Shown: positions 28,632 to 37,645, counted from the first letter of the stretch. The stretch: DNA of 64,000 bases from a virus (IMGVR_UViG_3300012153_000089:1-64000), one strand, 5' to 3'. Numbers and translations: made by a program. The notes: generated from the sequence alone by a model not told the origin.

Positions 28632-28823
28632 CTACTCAGATTCTTCAAGTTCATCAATCTGTATGTTCAACTGATCAATCTCACTGTCCAATTCAGCAAC
28701 AGTTGCTGTCATCAATGCTATTGTTTGCTTTAGTTTATCTCTCTTTTCAACCTTAGACCCTAATTCATCGATAAGATTTTCTATAAGTGCATCCTTGTCT
28801 TTCATGTCATTCATGTCATTCAC
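28632..28823 (-). CDS. small coiled-coil protein (63 aa)
   Basis: downstream of the SPFH gene. Confidence 0.4.
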   Translation of the reverse strand: MNDMNDMKDKDALIENLIDELGSKVEKRDKLKQTIALMTATVAELDSEIDQLNIQIDELEESE

Positions 28824-28872
28824 CCTTTCTCAAAATCACTTGAGTCATTTGGGGAGATAACCTCCCCATTAA

Positions 28873-29730
28873 TTATTTAACCTCTTCGGCCTTAGTGGTC
28901 GGCAGTTGAATCATTGGAGTATTAGATCCACTTACATAGGGAAGTGCTCCATCCCATTTCTTAATTGTTTCATATTGAACGAGTTGATTAGAGAGTGACT
29001 GCTGAAGCTCTTTATTTGCTTTAGCTTGACCTTCTGCCTCAATCAATAGTTTGTCTGCATTACCTTGTGCCTCTACTCTTTTACGGTCTGCTTCTTTCTT
29101 GGCAATTTCTAGCTCAGTCGTTTTACGTTCCAGTTCTTGAGAAGCTTCCACACGTTTATCAATTGCTTCTTGAGTCTTAGCATCTGGCTGAGGAACGCCC
29201 ACGGTTACGTTTGATACGATAAAGCCCAACTCTTTAACATCATCGGCAAAACGTTGCTGAACATCTACTCCCGCTTCAGAAGACTTTTCACCATAAACAT
29301 CAATTACTGTAAACTTAGAGATCCCTTTGCGAGCTGCATCACGGAATCGTGTTTTGAGATATGTATCTTCAATTTCTTGAATGCCAATTGGCCCAAATGT
29401 GTTAAAAATGGATGACACCTTGCTTGGCTCTACTTGGTAGTTATAAGCAAAATCAATCGTGATGTTTTTACCGTCAGATGTAGCAATTTGAATATCTTTA
29501 TATTCTACTGTTTGAATTCGAATTGGATATTTAGTTACTTTATCAAACGCGCCAACCAACTTCCATCCTTGGCTTAGTGTACTGTCCTTCACACCTCCAT
29601 TTGGTGAATATACGACACCGACATATCCATTAGGAATTCTTGTTACAAAGAAACTCAGTAGCACTACTCCCAGAACAATAGCCAATCCAACCGCAACTGC
29701 TCCTACCTTAAATGTCTTTAGATTTTTCAT
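28873..29730 (-). CDS. SPFH / band-7 family membrane protein (HflK/C-, prohibitin-, flotillin-like)
   Basis: 285 aa. N-terminal TM helix, SPFH core, and a C-terminal coiled coil (ELEIAKKEADRKRVEAQGNADKLLIEAEGQAKAN) typical of HflK/C. Confidence 0.8.
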   Translation of the reverse strand: MKNLKTFKVGAVAVGLAIVLGVVLLSFFVTRIPNGYVGVVYSPNGGVKDSTLSQGWKLVGAFDKVTKYPIRIQTVEYKDIQIATSDGKNITIDFAYNYQVEPSKVSSIFNTFGPIGIQEIEDTYLKTRFRDAARKGISKFTVIDVYGEKSSEAGVDVQQRFADDVKELGFIVSNVTVGVPQPDAKTQEAIDKRVEASQELERKTTELEIAKKEADRKRVEAQGNADKLLIEAEGQAKANKELQQSLSNQLVQYETIKKWDGALPYVSGSNTPMIQLPTTKAEEVK

Positions 29731-29866
29731 TTACTTTCTCCTCTTGTTTAAATTTATTGTATTTATTAATGACTTTACTTCCTACTTTAGTGAATACAGG
29801 GAACATTAATGTCCACAAACCGAAGCCTAAGATAAAGATTAGTATGAGTCCTCCAATTAACGGCAT
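29708..29866 (-). CDS. 52-aa single-TM peptide overlapping the SPFH gene start (below cutoff)
   Basis: MPLIGGLILIFILGFGLWTLMFPVF... Strong AGAGGAGG SD at 7 nt. 23-nt out-of-frame overlap with the SPFH start. Coordinates approximate. Confidence 0.45.
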   Translation of the reverse strand: MPLIGGLILIFILGFGLWTLMFPVFTKVGSKVINKYNKFKQEEKVNEKSKDI

Positions 29867-29878
29867 GCCTTTCCTCCT

Positions 29879-30064
29879 CTATGGATGAATCCAAGCATGA
29901 ATTTCATCTGCACGAAGCAACTCACAAAGTTGATTTAAATTACATCTACGCTTAACCGCATCCCACATAAAACCCTTATAGCCAAACTCTTTCTCGCAAA
30001 ATTCCACAGCTTCATCTACTTCTGTAAAAGTCTTCTCTTCATTCTCCAAATCGATAATCAACAT
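29879..30064 (-). CDS. hypothetical protein (61 aa)
   Basis: packed ORF. Confidence 0.4.
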   Translation of the reverse strand: MLIIDLENEEKTFTEVDEAVEFCEKEFGYKGFMWDAVKRRCNLNQLCELLRADEIHAWIHP

Positions 30065-30066
30065 AC

Positions 30067-30234
30067 TTAATTCTCCCCTGTGTATAGTTTACTAATTTCA
30101 TATTGGTCGTGAATAATATCTAATGCTTCCTGTAGACCAAGAATTTCACCTTCGTGTGCTGCGGGATCTGATTCTTTATAATAGTTAAGCGTAATTTCAA
30201 TTTCCTCTTTGATCTTCTCAATCAATTCATGCAT
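30067..30234 (-). CDS. small hypothetical protein (55 aa, below cutoff)
   Basis: ATG start. Coordinates approximate. Confidence 0.3.
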   Translation of the reverse strand: MHELIEKIKEEIEITLNYYKESDPAAHEGEILGLQEALDIIHDQYEISKLYTGEN

Positions 30235-30248
30235 CTATGTATCTCCTT

Positions 30249-30443
30249 CTACTTTTTTATAGTACTATCGCATACAAACTTTTCACATGCTTCATCTTGC
30301 ATCTCAACCCAAAAATCGTGTGTTTTTGCCATGCACATTCCTTCGCCTTCTAAGTATCCATGCGTTTGATTATCCTTATAGTTAATACAAAATTCACATT
30401 TTGAGCCATACTCCCTGCACCACTTACACTTGCATTTCTTCAA
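30249..30443 (-). CDS. Cys-rich small protein (64 aa), paralog of 60101..60289
   Basis: shared pattern C.FCI.YKD..T.G...GEG.C. Confidence 0.5.
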   Translation of the reverse strand: MKKCKCKWCREYGSKCEFCINYKDNQTHGYLEGEGMCMAKTHDFWVEMQDEACEKFVCDSTIKK

Positions 30444-30480
30444 TTCTCACAACCTCCTATATCTCTGTGAATCCACTATT

Positions 30481-31002
30481 TTACTTAAACTTGAAAAATC
30501 TTTTGATTGCAAGATACCCCACAAATTGCATTATTGTCTTAACAACCACTTGACCAAGAATCGCATATCCTACTGCCTCCCATGGGATAAATCCAGCCCC
30601 AATTGGTGATAGACCGATGATTACAAACAATCCAGAGTCGATTATGCCTCCCACAGTTCCACTTAACAAAACTCTCTTCTCAAACGAGCATTTAAGTCTA
30701 GTAAATACTTCCGTATCAAACGTTTCTGAGAAAATAAATGTAATTGCACTTGCAAATACAATCCATAGAGTGTCACCCAATAGCCAAGAAGTTAATGCGG
30801 ATAACAATAATGCTATAAAGATGATATAGTATGTATTTTTACGACCATATTTTTGCTGTACTAAATCTCTAAGAATAAATGTAGCCCCAATAAATATTGT
30901 TCCCATTGGTACAATAAACTTCCAAAGTACAATAGGACTGAAACTTGCTGTAACTACGTTTGCAACGATAATGGCTAAAATATAAAGTAAAATTCTAATC
31001 AT
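30481..31002 (-). CDS. YhhQ/COG1738-like membrane protein (putative queuosine-precursor preQ0/preQ1 transporter)
   Basis: 173 aa, 5-6 TM helices. FIGATFILRDLVQ and TVGGIIDSGLFVI parallel E. coli YhhQ FPFIFLATDLTVR and GNVSDTLAFFFI. Confidence 0.55.
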   Translation of the reverse strand: MIRILLYILAIIVANVVTASFSPIVLWKFIVPMGTIFIGATFILRDLVQQKYGRKNTYYIIFIALLLSALTSWLLGDTLWIVFASAITFIFSETFDTEVFTRLKCSFEKRVLLSGTVGGIIDSGLFVIIGLSPIGAGFIPWEAVGYAILGQVVVKTIMQFVGYLAIKRFFKFK

Positions 31003-31012
31003 TTAATGCCTC

Positions 31013-31825
31013 CTAAATCGCTTCAATTATTTTTTTAGCTTTATGCATATTTTCTATGGTTAAGTCTGCTGGATGATAATCTACGAATTTCTGTTGTTTG
31101 TTATAAGTCTTAACCCACCTCTCTTGATCAACATCAATAACACTGCCCATAGTGGACATAATCTCGAAAGAGGAAGTATCGCAACTAATATTCAGTAGAT
31201 CAACGTCTACTCCAATGACTTCTAAAACTTCTTTTATGTATGCTACTTCTTTTAAAACACTGAATGTACCAACTCCGAAAATATGAACGTCTTTAACTTT
31301 AGATTTGCTGATAATGGGCAGTCCAATTTTAATAGCATCCAATAGTTTGAACTTTATCTCATTCACTCTTCCTGACATTGCCACTCCGCCCAGCCCAATA
31401 CAATCTTCTGGTGAAGCTATTTTTAATGTTTCAACCAAACATTCAATGTATTCCTTTGTTGTTGCGCCCTGAATCATGAGTACTAATTGCCTTGGGTTCA
31501 ACTCTTCACGTTTAGAAACTAAGTATTTATTGGCCTCAATTGTATCTTCAACGTTTCCAATGTGGTCATAAGCAACAATTCTCTCACAAATCATGCCAAC
31601 CTTGCTCTCAAGTTTCAGTTGTCGTTCTAGTGCTTCCTCAACTGTTATGCGCTTATCTTTGTCAGTATCCTGAAAAGCGCCGCTATCCATCAAGATTTTC
31701 GTTTCAGGGTTCCTGATAGTAATGCCTTTATACTTTGGATTCAAGCAGACACTTTGCGTGATGAATTCAGTGTTTAGTTCCTTGGTATTTAGTTTGTCAT
31801 TGCATTTTGATAAATATAGTCTCAA
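31013..31825 (-). CDS. dpdA: TGT-family transglycosylase, DpdA-like (putative DNA-guanine transglycosylase for 7-deazaguanine insertion)
   Basis: 270 aa. Catalytic-Asp motif ILMDSGAFQD (cf. tRNA-guanine transglycosylase LTDSGGFQ), GLGGVAMSG and HIFGVG motifs. No C-terminal Zn subdomain. Short, phage-type length. Confidence 0.6.
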   Translation of the reverse strand: MRLYLSKCNDKLNTKELNTEFITQSVCLNPKYKGITIRNPETKILMDSGAFQDTDKDKRITVEEALERQLKLESKVGMICERIVAYDHIGNVEDTIEANKYLVSKREELNPRQLVLMIQGATTKEYIECLVETLKIASPEDCIGLGGVAMSGRVNEIKFKLLDAIKIGLPIISKSKVKDVHIFGVGTFSVLKEVAYIKEVLEVIGVDVDLLNISCDTSSFEIMSTMGSVIDVDQERWVKTYNKQQKFVDYHPADLTIENMHKAKKIIEAI

Positions 31826-31829
31826 CTAA

Positions 31830-32258
31830 TCACTCTCCGATGTTGTTTTTAAACCAAGACAACTGCTGACCAATACCCAATCCTTTTAAGGGGATATTGA
31901 CCTTAATGCCTTGTTGCTCAAGCAATGGAACCAAATATTTTCTATACTTGTCTCCTGCATAAATTGAGATTTCTACCTCACTACTCTCTCCGATATTATC
32001 AATAATCTGTTGGTATACATTTTTTGACCATGAAATAATCTGTTCTTTTGAAAGATCATTTAGGGTGTAATTGTATGGATCGATACTTGTTTCTGGATCA
32101 AGAAGCTCATGTAGTGCACTAAGAATATAATATTGATCATGGTGTTTCTCTGAGTATTTTCTTGCTTTCTTAAATAGGTCTCCAATGTATAGATCTTTTG
32201 CTGCTACATTCTCGGACAATTTGTTCTTTCCACAACTAATTAGTGCTATTGATTTCAT
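31830..32258 (-). CDS. hypothetical protein (142 aa) upstream of and nearly abutting dpdA-like
   Basis: MKSIALISCGKNK... 5-nt gap to dpdA suggests a co-operonic partner. Function unknown. Confidence 0.5.
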   Translation of the reverse strand: MKSIALISCGKNKLSENVAAKDLYIGDLFKKARKYSEKHHDQYYILSALHELLDPETSIDPYNYTLNDLSKEQIISWSKNVYQQIIDNIGESSEVEISIYAGDKYRKYLVPLLEQQGIKVNIPLKGLGIGQQLSWFKNNIGE

Positions 32259-32312
32259 TTTTACACCTCTTTAATTTTTTGATGAAACAGTTCTTTCTTG
32301 GACTTCTATGTA

Positions 32313-32567
32313 TTAAAATGTTGTACATCCCTTACGATATCTCTTGCCTTTATATTTGAATCGCGCGATGAATGTACGAACTAGAATTAATCCTTCATTC
32401 ACACGCTCAATCACAATTACACCCTTTTCAGTCATCCATCTTAATTTTCCTTGTACATTTGGAATGGAGGATATCATCTTAATGAGATATCCCACCCCAA
32501 CATTGCTTTGCTCGCATCTTACCCGTGCATGATCACTGACTTTGATTCTTACTTTTTGCTTGCTCAT
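32313..32567 (-). CDS. hypothetical protein (84 aa)
   Basis: packed ORF. Confidence 0.45.
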   Translation of the reverse strand: MSKQKVRIKVSDHARVRCEQSNVGVGYLIKMISSIPNVQGKLRWMTEKGVIVIERVNEGLILVRTFIARFKYKGKRYRKGCTTF

Positions 32568-32572
32568 ATGTA

Positions 32573-32794
32573 TTACCGTTTGTTGGACTTGCGTTGTGTA
32601 CGTTGTTTCTTAAACTTAGTCAACACAGATCCTTCCTTCCGACCATTTTCTGCTGGTTTAACATATTGGAACGTGAAGCCCTTTTTCGCTGCCTGTTGTT
32701 TCGCTGCAATGACTGCACCTAGATAGTCTGTTGGTAGGTTGTCGATTACCACGCTTTGATTACTGTTGTTAGTTGCAATTCCGTAAAATTTCAT
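32573..32794 (-). CDS. hypothetical basic protein (73 aa)
   Basis: Lys/Arg-rich C-terminus. Confidence 0.4.
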   Translation of the reverse strand: MKFYGIATNNSNQSVVIDNLPTDYLGAVIAAKQQAAKKGFTFQYVKPAENGRKEGSVLTKFKKQRTQRKSNKR

Positions 32795-32831
32795 ATGTAT
32801 ATATCTCCATTCGTTTAAGTATTATATTTGT

Positions 32832-34349
32832 TTAGTTTACTTCTTGATAATCCTCAATGAATAATTGGCATGTCTTAATTACTTTCTTCTTTGGTCGATA
32901 CTGAGTCCACATGTTCATATTAAGTGAACCTACAGCTTCAACTTCTATGAATACTGGTACTTGGTCGTAATACTCTTCATCTGTTTTAAACTTCATCAAT
33001 TGTAATTTTCCACAATCAATCTTTACTGTGTTATTGGTCTTGCCCATCAATTTCTTATCAGAGATGAACAAGTCTTTGATTAAGAATGTTCCGGGCTTGA
33101 AGTTATTGCCTGAATAACGATAAAACTCTGTAAGATAGTTGATTAGATTTTCATTAACACAATCAGCACTAAACTCTAAATCGTAATATATAGTGTCGTC
33201 CGGTACAAAGTCTTGAAGTTTGGAGTTGAGTTCAAGTCGAAGCAATTCAAGATGAGTTATTGATACACCCACACCACCTGCGCCATCGTGTCCTGCGGCA
33301 TAAATCACATTCTCACAAGTCTTTAATAATTCCAGCATCGAAAAGTCATCTAATCCCCTGAAGCTTCCTGAGTATGTATCTTCGTCATCTCCAAAACCCA
33401 ACACAATTGCTGGTCTGTTATACTTCTTCGAAATCTCTTGTGCCACTAGACCATTCAGTCCTCTTCCAACAGTAGGATCAAAAACTATAATCACCTTGTC
33501 GGTTTCACAAAGTCCCGTTTTCATTGCTTCAGTGGCTTCTGACTGGACAAGTTTGCGGTTTTCATTTAGTTTGATTAGTTCTTTAACATATCCCTTAGTT
33601 TCTGGCGTAGTTTTGTCGCACATCAGAAAGTCTATTCCCAATTTTATATTGTCGGCTCTCGTTGCTGCTGTTACTGCTGGACTAGCACCATACAAGAAAT
33701 CTGTCGAGGTGAGATTTTTCAAGTCTGAATTCATCGCTTCGAACAATAGCTTCATACCTTCATGTCGTAATCCTTTGAGTGACACTTTTGCAAAATATCT
33801 ATTCTCCATTTCCTTCATGCACATAACATCTGCCATTAAAGCGAATCCCGGCAAATCGCTCAACTCAAGCGAGTATCGAGTATCCATATAATCATCTATT
33901 ACTTGGCACACTTTATATACCAGCAGCCCACCTGAAGCATTCTTATTTGGGTACTCACATCCTATTTGTTGAGGATTCACTAAAATACAGTATGGATTCT
34001 CTACATCAACTGAATGATGATCTATAACTAGACAATCAATACCTTTATCAACTAGCACTTTTAATGGCTCTACATCATTACTACTGCTATCTACTGCTAT
34101 GTATAAGTCTGTATCATCTTCAATTTGGTCGATGATGAATTTAGAGCCGTGTCCTTGGCTACGTTCAACATATTTGATCTGAACATTATCAGTGAACCTT
34201 AGTAGGATTTTATATAGTATCACCGTCGAAGAAATTCCATCAAAATCCACGTCTGCATAAATCATAATCTTCTCACCGTTCTTAATTGCTCTTACAATGC
34301 GTTCAACCAATTTATCTATATTCTTTAGTAGATATGGACTATGTACCAC
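32832..34349 (-). CDS. recJ: RecJ-like single-strand DNA exonuclease (DHH/DHHA1 phosphoesterase)
   Basis: DHH motif I (IMIYADVDFDGISS), motif III (VIDHH), and a GHDGAGG DHHA1 region. GTG start as called. The in-frame upstream 40 codons also look RecJ-like (see findings). Confidence 0.8.
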   Translation of the reverse strand: MVHSPYLLKNIDKLVERIVRAIKNGEKIMIYADVDFDGISSTVILYKILLRFTDNVQIKYVERSQGHGSKFIIDQIEDDTDLYIAVDSSSNDVEPLKVLVDKGIDCLVIDHHSVDVENPYCILVNPQQIGCEYPNKNASGGLLVYKVCQVIDDYMDTRYSLELSDLPGFALMADVMCMKEMENRYFAKVSLKGLRHEGMKLLFEAMNSDLKNLTSTDFLYGASPAVTAATRADNIKLGIDFLMCDKTTPETKGYVKELIKLNENRKLVQSEATEAMKTGLCETDKVIIVFDPTVGRGLNGLVAQEISKKYNRPAIVLGFGDDEDTYSGSFRGLDDFSMLELLKTCENVIYAAGHDGAGGVGVSITHLELLRLELNSKLQDFVPDDTIYYDLEFSADCVNENLINYLTEFYRYSGNNFKPGTFLIKDLFISDKKLMGKTNNTVKIDCGKLQLMKFKTDEEYYDQVPVFIEVEAVGSLNMNMWTQYRPKKKVIKTCQLFIEDYQEVN

Positions 34350-34732
34350 ATCAGAGAGTGGATTAAGAAACTCATCAATATTTTCAATTCCGTTTATCTT
34401 GGCTAACTTTGAGTATGTATTATCATATGACTCAAACGGAATTTTAGGTAGTTTTTGTTTCCACGCTATGGCAAAATCACACCTTTCAACATTTTATTGA
34501 ATGACTATTTTGAATTTTTCAGGTAATGCAATATTCTCATTATCATTCATCCAACTACTCGTCAACCACTTGTCTACCAATCCTGTCTGTTTGTTGATGA
34601 TTTTGATATTTACTTTTCTCAAATCAATCACTCCTCAGAAATTAGTTAAGCAGCAGTTCCAAAACCCTTGCGTTTACTGGCTTTTTTGATCTGTATTTCT
34701 TGATGAAAGAGCAGTTTCATTTAAACCTTAAA

Positions 34733-34945
34733 TTACCACCAATATCGGTCTGTTTCATCTGAATATTCGCCCATCTTGCAATAACGCTGATAGTGATCCC
34801 AATTATCCAAATCTAGTCCTTGCTTTTTGGCATCCTCATAATCCTCATCTGAATATGGCTTCGTTGGATCGCCACCACACAACGATAATTCTTCAATGCT
34901 GCTTCTTTGAATCAATTGATTGATAATATCTTCCGTTGAATTCAT
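34733..34945 (-). CDS. hypothetical protein (70 aa)
   Basis: packed ORF. Confidence 0.4.
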   Translation of the reverse strand: MNSTEDIINQLIQRSSIEELSLCGGDPTKPYSDEDYEDAKKQGLDLDNWDHYQRYCKMGEYSDETDRYWW

Positions 34946-34972
34946 ATTCAGTTCTCCTTTAAATCGAATTTC

Positions 34973-35299
34973 TTACCACTTAACACTTGGAAGCTTATGT
35001 AGCTTTCTTACATATCTTTTGACTAGCCAGTAGCTGATTGGATCGCGAATCTTCATACCCTTATCTTCAAACTTGATGATGCTTGCATGAAAATAACATT
35101 TAGCTTCTTCATTTTCGAAACTCTTTGGATGAGACTTCAGCCGTTTCCATTCGTATTTATTCCAGTTCTCTTTAAATTTCTTGTAGCTTCCCCATCCAGA
35201 TCTCTGCGTGTCGCCATTGGTCATAGAGATATGACCTAACCAAGGCACACAGGGAATTGAAATTAGTGCGTAAATAATCAAGCAGGCTGCAATTAACAT
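34973..35299 (-). CDS. hypothetical membrane-anchored protein (108 aa)
   Basis: N-terminal TM helix. Confidence 0.45.
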   Translation of the reverse strand: MLIAACLIIYALISIPCVPWLGHISMTNGDTQRSGWGSYKKFKENWNKYEWKRLKSHPKSFENEEAKCYFHASIIKFEDKGMKIRDPISYWLVKRYVRKLHKLPSVKW

Positions 35300-35338
35300 T
35301 TACATTCTCTCCTTTTGTAAGTAAAAGTATATTTTCTT

Positions 35339-35566
35339 TCACATTTCAATTACACCAGCATTTGAAATGTGAAGTACTCTGATATATGTACCCTCACTAT
35401 TTTGGCGGGTATTCCTATAGAGCTTGGCTACTCCAATCACTTCTTCTTTATCTAAATATATTCTACTTTGGAAAACATCGTTGATAAGCTGCCCTTTGTT
35501 ATTCAAGTACCCCTTATCTCGTACTCCAATGACATAAACCTCTTCTTTGGTATTTGTAATATGCAT
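35339..35566 (-). CDS. hypothetical protein (75 aa)
   Basis: AAAGGAGAG SD. Confidence 0.5.
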   Translation of the reverse strand: MHITNTKEEVYVIGVRDKGYLNNKGQLINDVFQSRIYLDKEEVIGVAKLYRNTRQNSEGTYIRVLHISNAGVIEM

Positions 35567-35591
35567 TTAAAACTCTCCTTTAAGTAGTATT

Positions 35592-35777
35592 TTAGTTAAA
35601 AAACTCTTTCAATTCTCTGATGCCATCTTGAAGCTTGCGTAGATTGTCATAAACGTCATCTTCAATTAGTTCCTTGTCAGGAAGATTTTCAAACACTTCA
35701 TTCCAACTGATAATTTGCAACTCATGCAATGCCTTACCCATCTCTGTAATAGTTTCTTTTGCTTCTCGAATGTTCAT
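35592..35777 (-). CDS. hypothetical protein (61 aa; the long ORF to 35924 is trimmed to Met50)
   Basis: internal ATG at 35777 has an AAAGGAG SD at 9 nt and removes the overlap with the next gene. Confidence 0.45.
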   Translation of the reverse strand: MNIREAKETITEMGKALHELQIISWNEVFENLPDKELIEDDVYDNLRKLQDGIRELKEFFN

Positions 35778-35799
35778 ATGTATTTCTCCTTTTAATTTG

Positions 35800-36090
35800 T
35801 TATAGTACTTCTGGAACCAAAGTGTAAAATGTATCAAAATTATCAATCTTGGCATAGTCAACAAATCCATCTGGGAATAAAAGTTTATACCTTGGAACAG
35901 TCTGCGATCTAGTAGATGTATCAATAGTAACTACACCTGAAATTAGTGGACTTCCTCCATGCTTACTGTGGAATGCTTTCAGTGTCCAAAGTGCATTGTT
36001 GACCTCGTAACCGTATTTCTCAGCAATATCTGAACCCATAAGGGGTTCTCTAGGAACTACTCTAACAATTCCTTCATTCATACTCATCAC
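35800..36090 (-). CDS. hypothetical protein (96 aa)
   Basis: packed ORF. Confidence 0.5.
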   Translation of the reverse strand: MMSMNEGIVRVVPREPLMGSDIAEKYGYEVNNALWTLKAFHSKHGGSPLISGVVTIDTSTRSQTVPRYKLLFPDGFVDYAKIDNFDTFYTLVPEVL

Positions 36091-36146
36091 TCTCCTATTC
36101 TATGACAATCATATTTAATCAGATATTCATTCTCTTTTGGATAATT

Positions 36147-36326
36147 TCCAAATCGTCCATAGTGATAATTTCTCTGTAATAATATTCAGGAGTAATTTTC
36201 ACTAACCCTTCAGCTAATTCCCAACTCAATTCCTTCCCTATTACATCTCCGTTGATTGTTTCATCTTGCCATTCAACCACTGCATATTTTGTATCCACAT
36301 ATGAGCCTCCTTTCTCTAAGAAACTC
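36147..36326 (-). CDS. small hypothetical protein (59 aa, GTG start, below cutoff)
   Basis: AAAGGAGG SD 7 nt before the GTG. Coordinates approximate. Confidence 0.35.
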
Positions 36327-36340
36327 TTCTTTTACTTGCT

Positions 36341-36769
36341 TTAGTTACTATTATATAGAACCATTATTTCTTTAAGATTCTTGATTTCAGAACTCCATCT
36401 TTCGTCTTTATTCCTCTCTTGAATGTTTTTTATTTCCAGTGGGATTTGAGCAACACCCTCTTCTACAATCCTATTCCAAGTCTTGTTTATTGGTAATGTC
36501 ACAATCCCATACTCCGTATAGCTCACTGTTTTTTGCATTGCAAGCGCAACCTTCATTGCTGTTTCGGCGTTTCTTGTATATTTTTGCTTGCCGAAATATT
36601 CTACAAGTCTAGCTGAAACCATTTCTTTTCTTTGATTAAAATCTTCAAATGACCACCATAGATTATCAATTGCAAAAGCATGAATAATTCGATATTGATC
36701 TTTTGTTTTCAAAATATAAATCCCATTATCAGCACTCATTAACACTTCTCCTTTTCTTATGAAATTCAA
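36341..36769 (-). CDS. hypothetical protein (142 aa)
   Basis: packed ORF. Confidence 0.5.
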   Translation of the reverse strand: MNFIRKGEVLMSADNGIYILKTKDQYRIIHAFAIDNLWWSFEDFNQRKEMVSARLVEYFGKQKYTRNAETAMKVALAMQKTVSYTEYGIVTLPINKTWNRIVEEGVAQIPLEIKNIQERNKDERWSSEIKNLKEIMVLYNSN

Positions 36770-36782
36770 ATTTTACTTAGAT

Positions 36783-37064
36783 TCAATTCTCGTCTTGATC
36801 GCTATTGCTTTCTACAATCATCCAATCTTCTGCAAAAATGTCCATCTGTGATGGAAACCAAGGTGCAAACTTATTGTTCGCAGTTTTTATTTCTATGTAA
36901 GGTACATGTTCAAAGTCACTGCTATTGCCATCACTTGAGAATGGCGAAGATGGTGGAGTAACCTTATGCAACCACACTCCTTTTTCAACCCATCCTTCGC
37001 GCGCTACCATATTCCAATCATCTTTCTTCATATAATCAATCGCTTGACCAAAATTCATTTGCAA
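36783..37064 (-). CDS. DUF2829-type small phage protein (candidate Tad2-like anti-Thoeris sponge)
   Basis: 93 aa. N-terminus MNFGQAIDYMKKDDWNMVAREGW matches the characteristic MxFGEAlxalKxGkkvaRxGW signature of this family, from memory. Confidence 0.45.
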   Translation of the reverse strand: MQMNFGQAIDYMKKDDWNMVAREGWVEKGVWLHKVTPPSSPFSSDGNSSDFEHVPYIEIKTANNKFAPWFPSQMDIFAEDWMIVESNSDQDEN

Positions 37065-37121
37065 TACTCTCTCTCCTGTTCTTTATGAAATCCAACCTTT
37101 ATAACATATTACGTTATTTTA

Positions 37122-37370
37122 TTATTTATTGAGTTTGAAAAATTCTTTTTTGCAACAAATCCAGAACGAAAAGTTTTCTTTTCCGTTGTCATCTACTATG
37201 TATGTTTCACTATCAATGCTCGCATTCTTTGCATATTTCTTAACTTTCATCTCGTAGAGTTTTCCAATGGTTACTGGCATTTCCCTAAGCTTGGCTAATA
37301 TTTTGACATGTGTTGCCTCCTCACTGGAGTCAATTTTCATCAAATCAGATTCGCTTATTGCAGCATACAT
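37122..37370 (-). CDS. hypothetical protein (82 aa)
   Basis: first gene after promoter copy 4. Confidence 0.5.
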   Translation of the reverse strand: MYAAISESDLMKIDSSEEATHVKILAKLREMPVTIGKLYEMKVKKYAKNASIDSETYIVDDNGKENFSFWICCKKEFFKLNK

Positions 37371-37399
37371 TTAACCATCCCTTTCGATCTGATAATTTT

Positions 37400-37443
37400 A
37401 TTATAAACTTATATTACAGTAAGTCAAGTGTTATTTTATTATT
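37400..37443 (-). promoter_or_regulatory. conserved element plus sigma-A promoter (TTGACT-16-TATAAT), copy 4
   Basis: plus-strand AAGTGTTATTTTATTATT at 37426-37443. Confidence 0.6.
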
Positions 37444-37475
37444 TATTATTCCAATGAAAACTATATTTTATCTGC

Positions 37476-37631
37476 TTATACATCAGTCAAAATATCCATC
37501 ATCTTTTCAATGTCCTCATCATTCAAACCGTTAACCTCTTTCCAATCCTTGACCATAAACTTTAAAGGTGGACACTCTAGATCCCACCAAGATAGAAAGC
37601 TAAGTTGTTCAAGCTGCTTTACAGTAAACAT
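37476..37631 (-). CDS. small hypothetical protein (about 51 aa, below cutoff)
   Basis: MFTVKQLEQLSFLSWWDLECPP... Coordinates approximate. Confidence 0.35.
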   Translation of the reverse strand: MFTVKQLEQLSFLSWWDLECPPLKFMVKDWKEVNGLNDEDIEKMMDILTDV

Positions 37632-37645
37632 TTAACATCTCCTAA

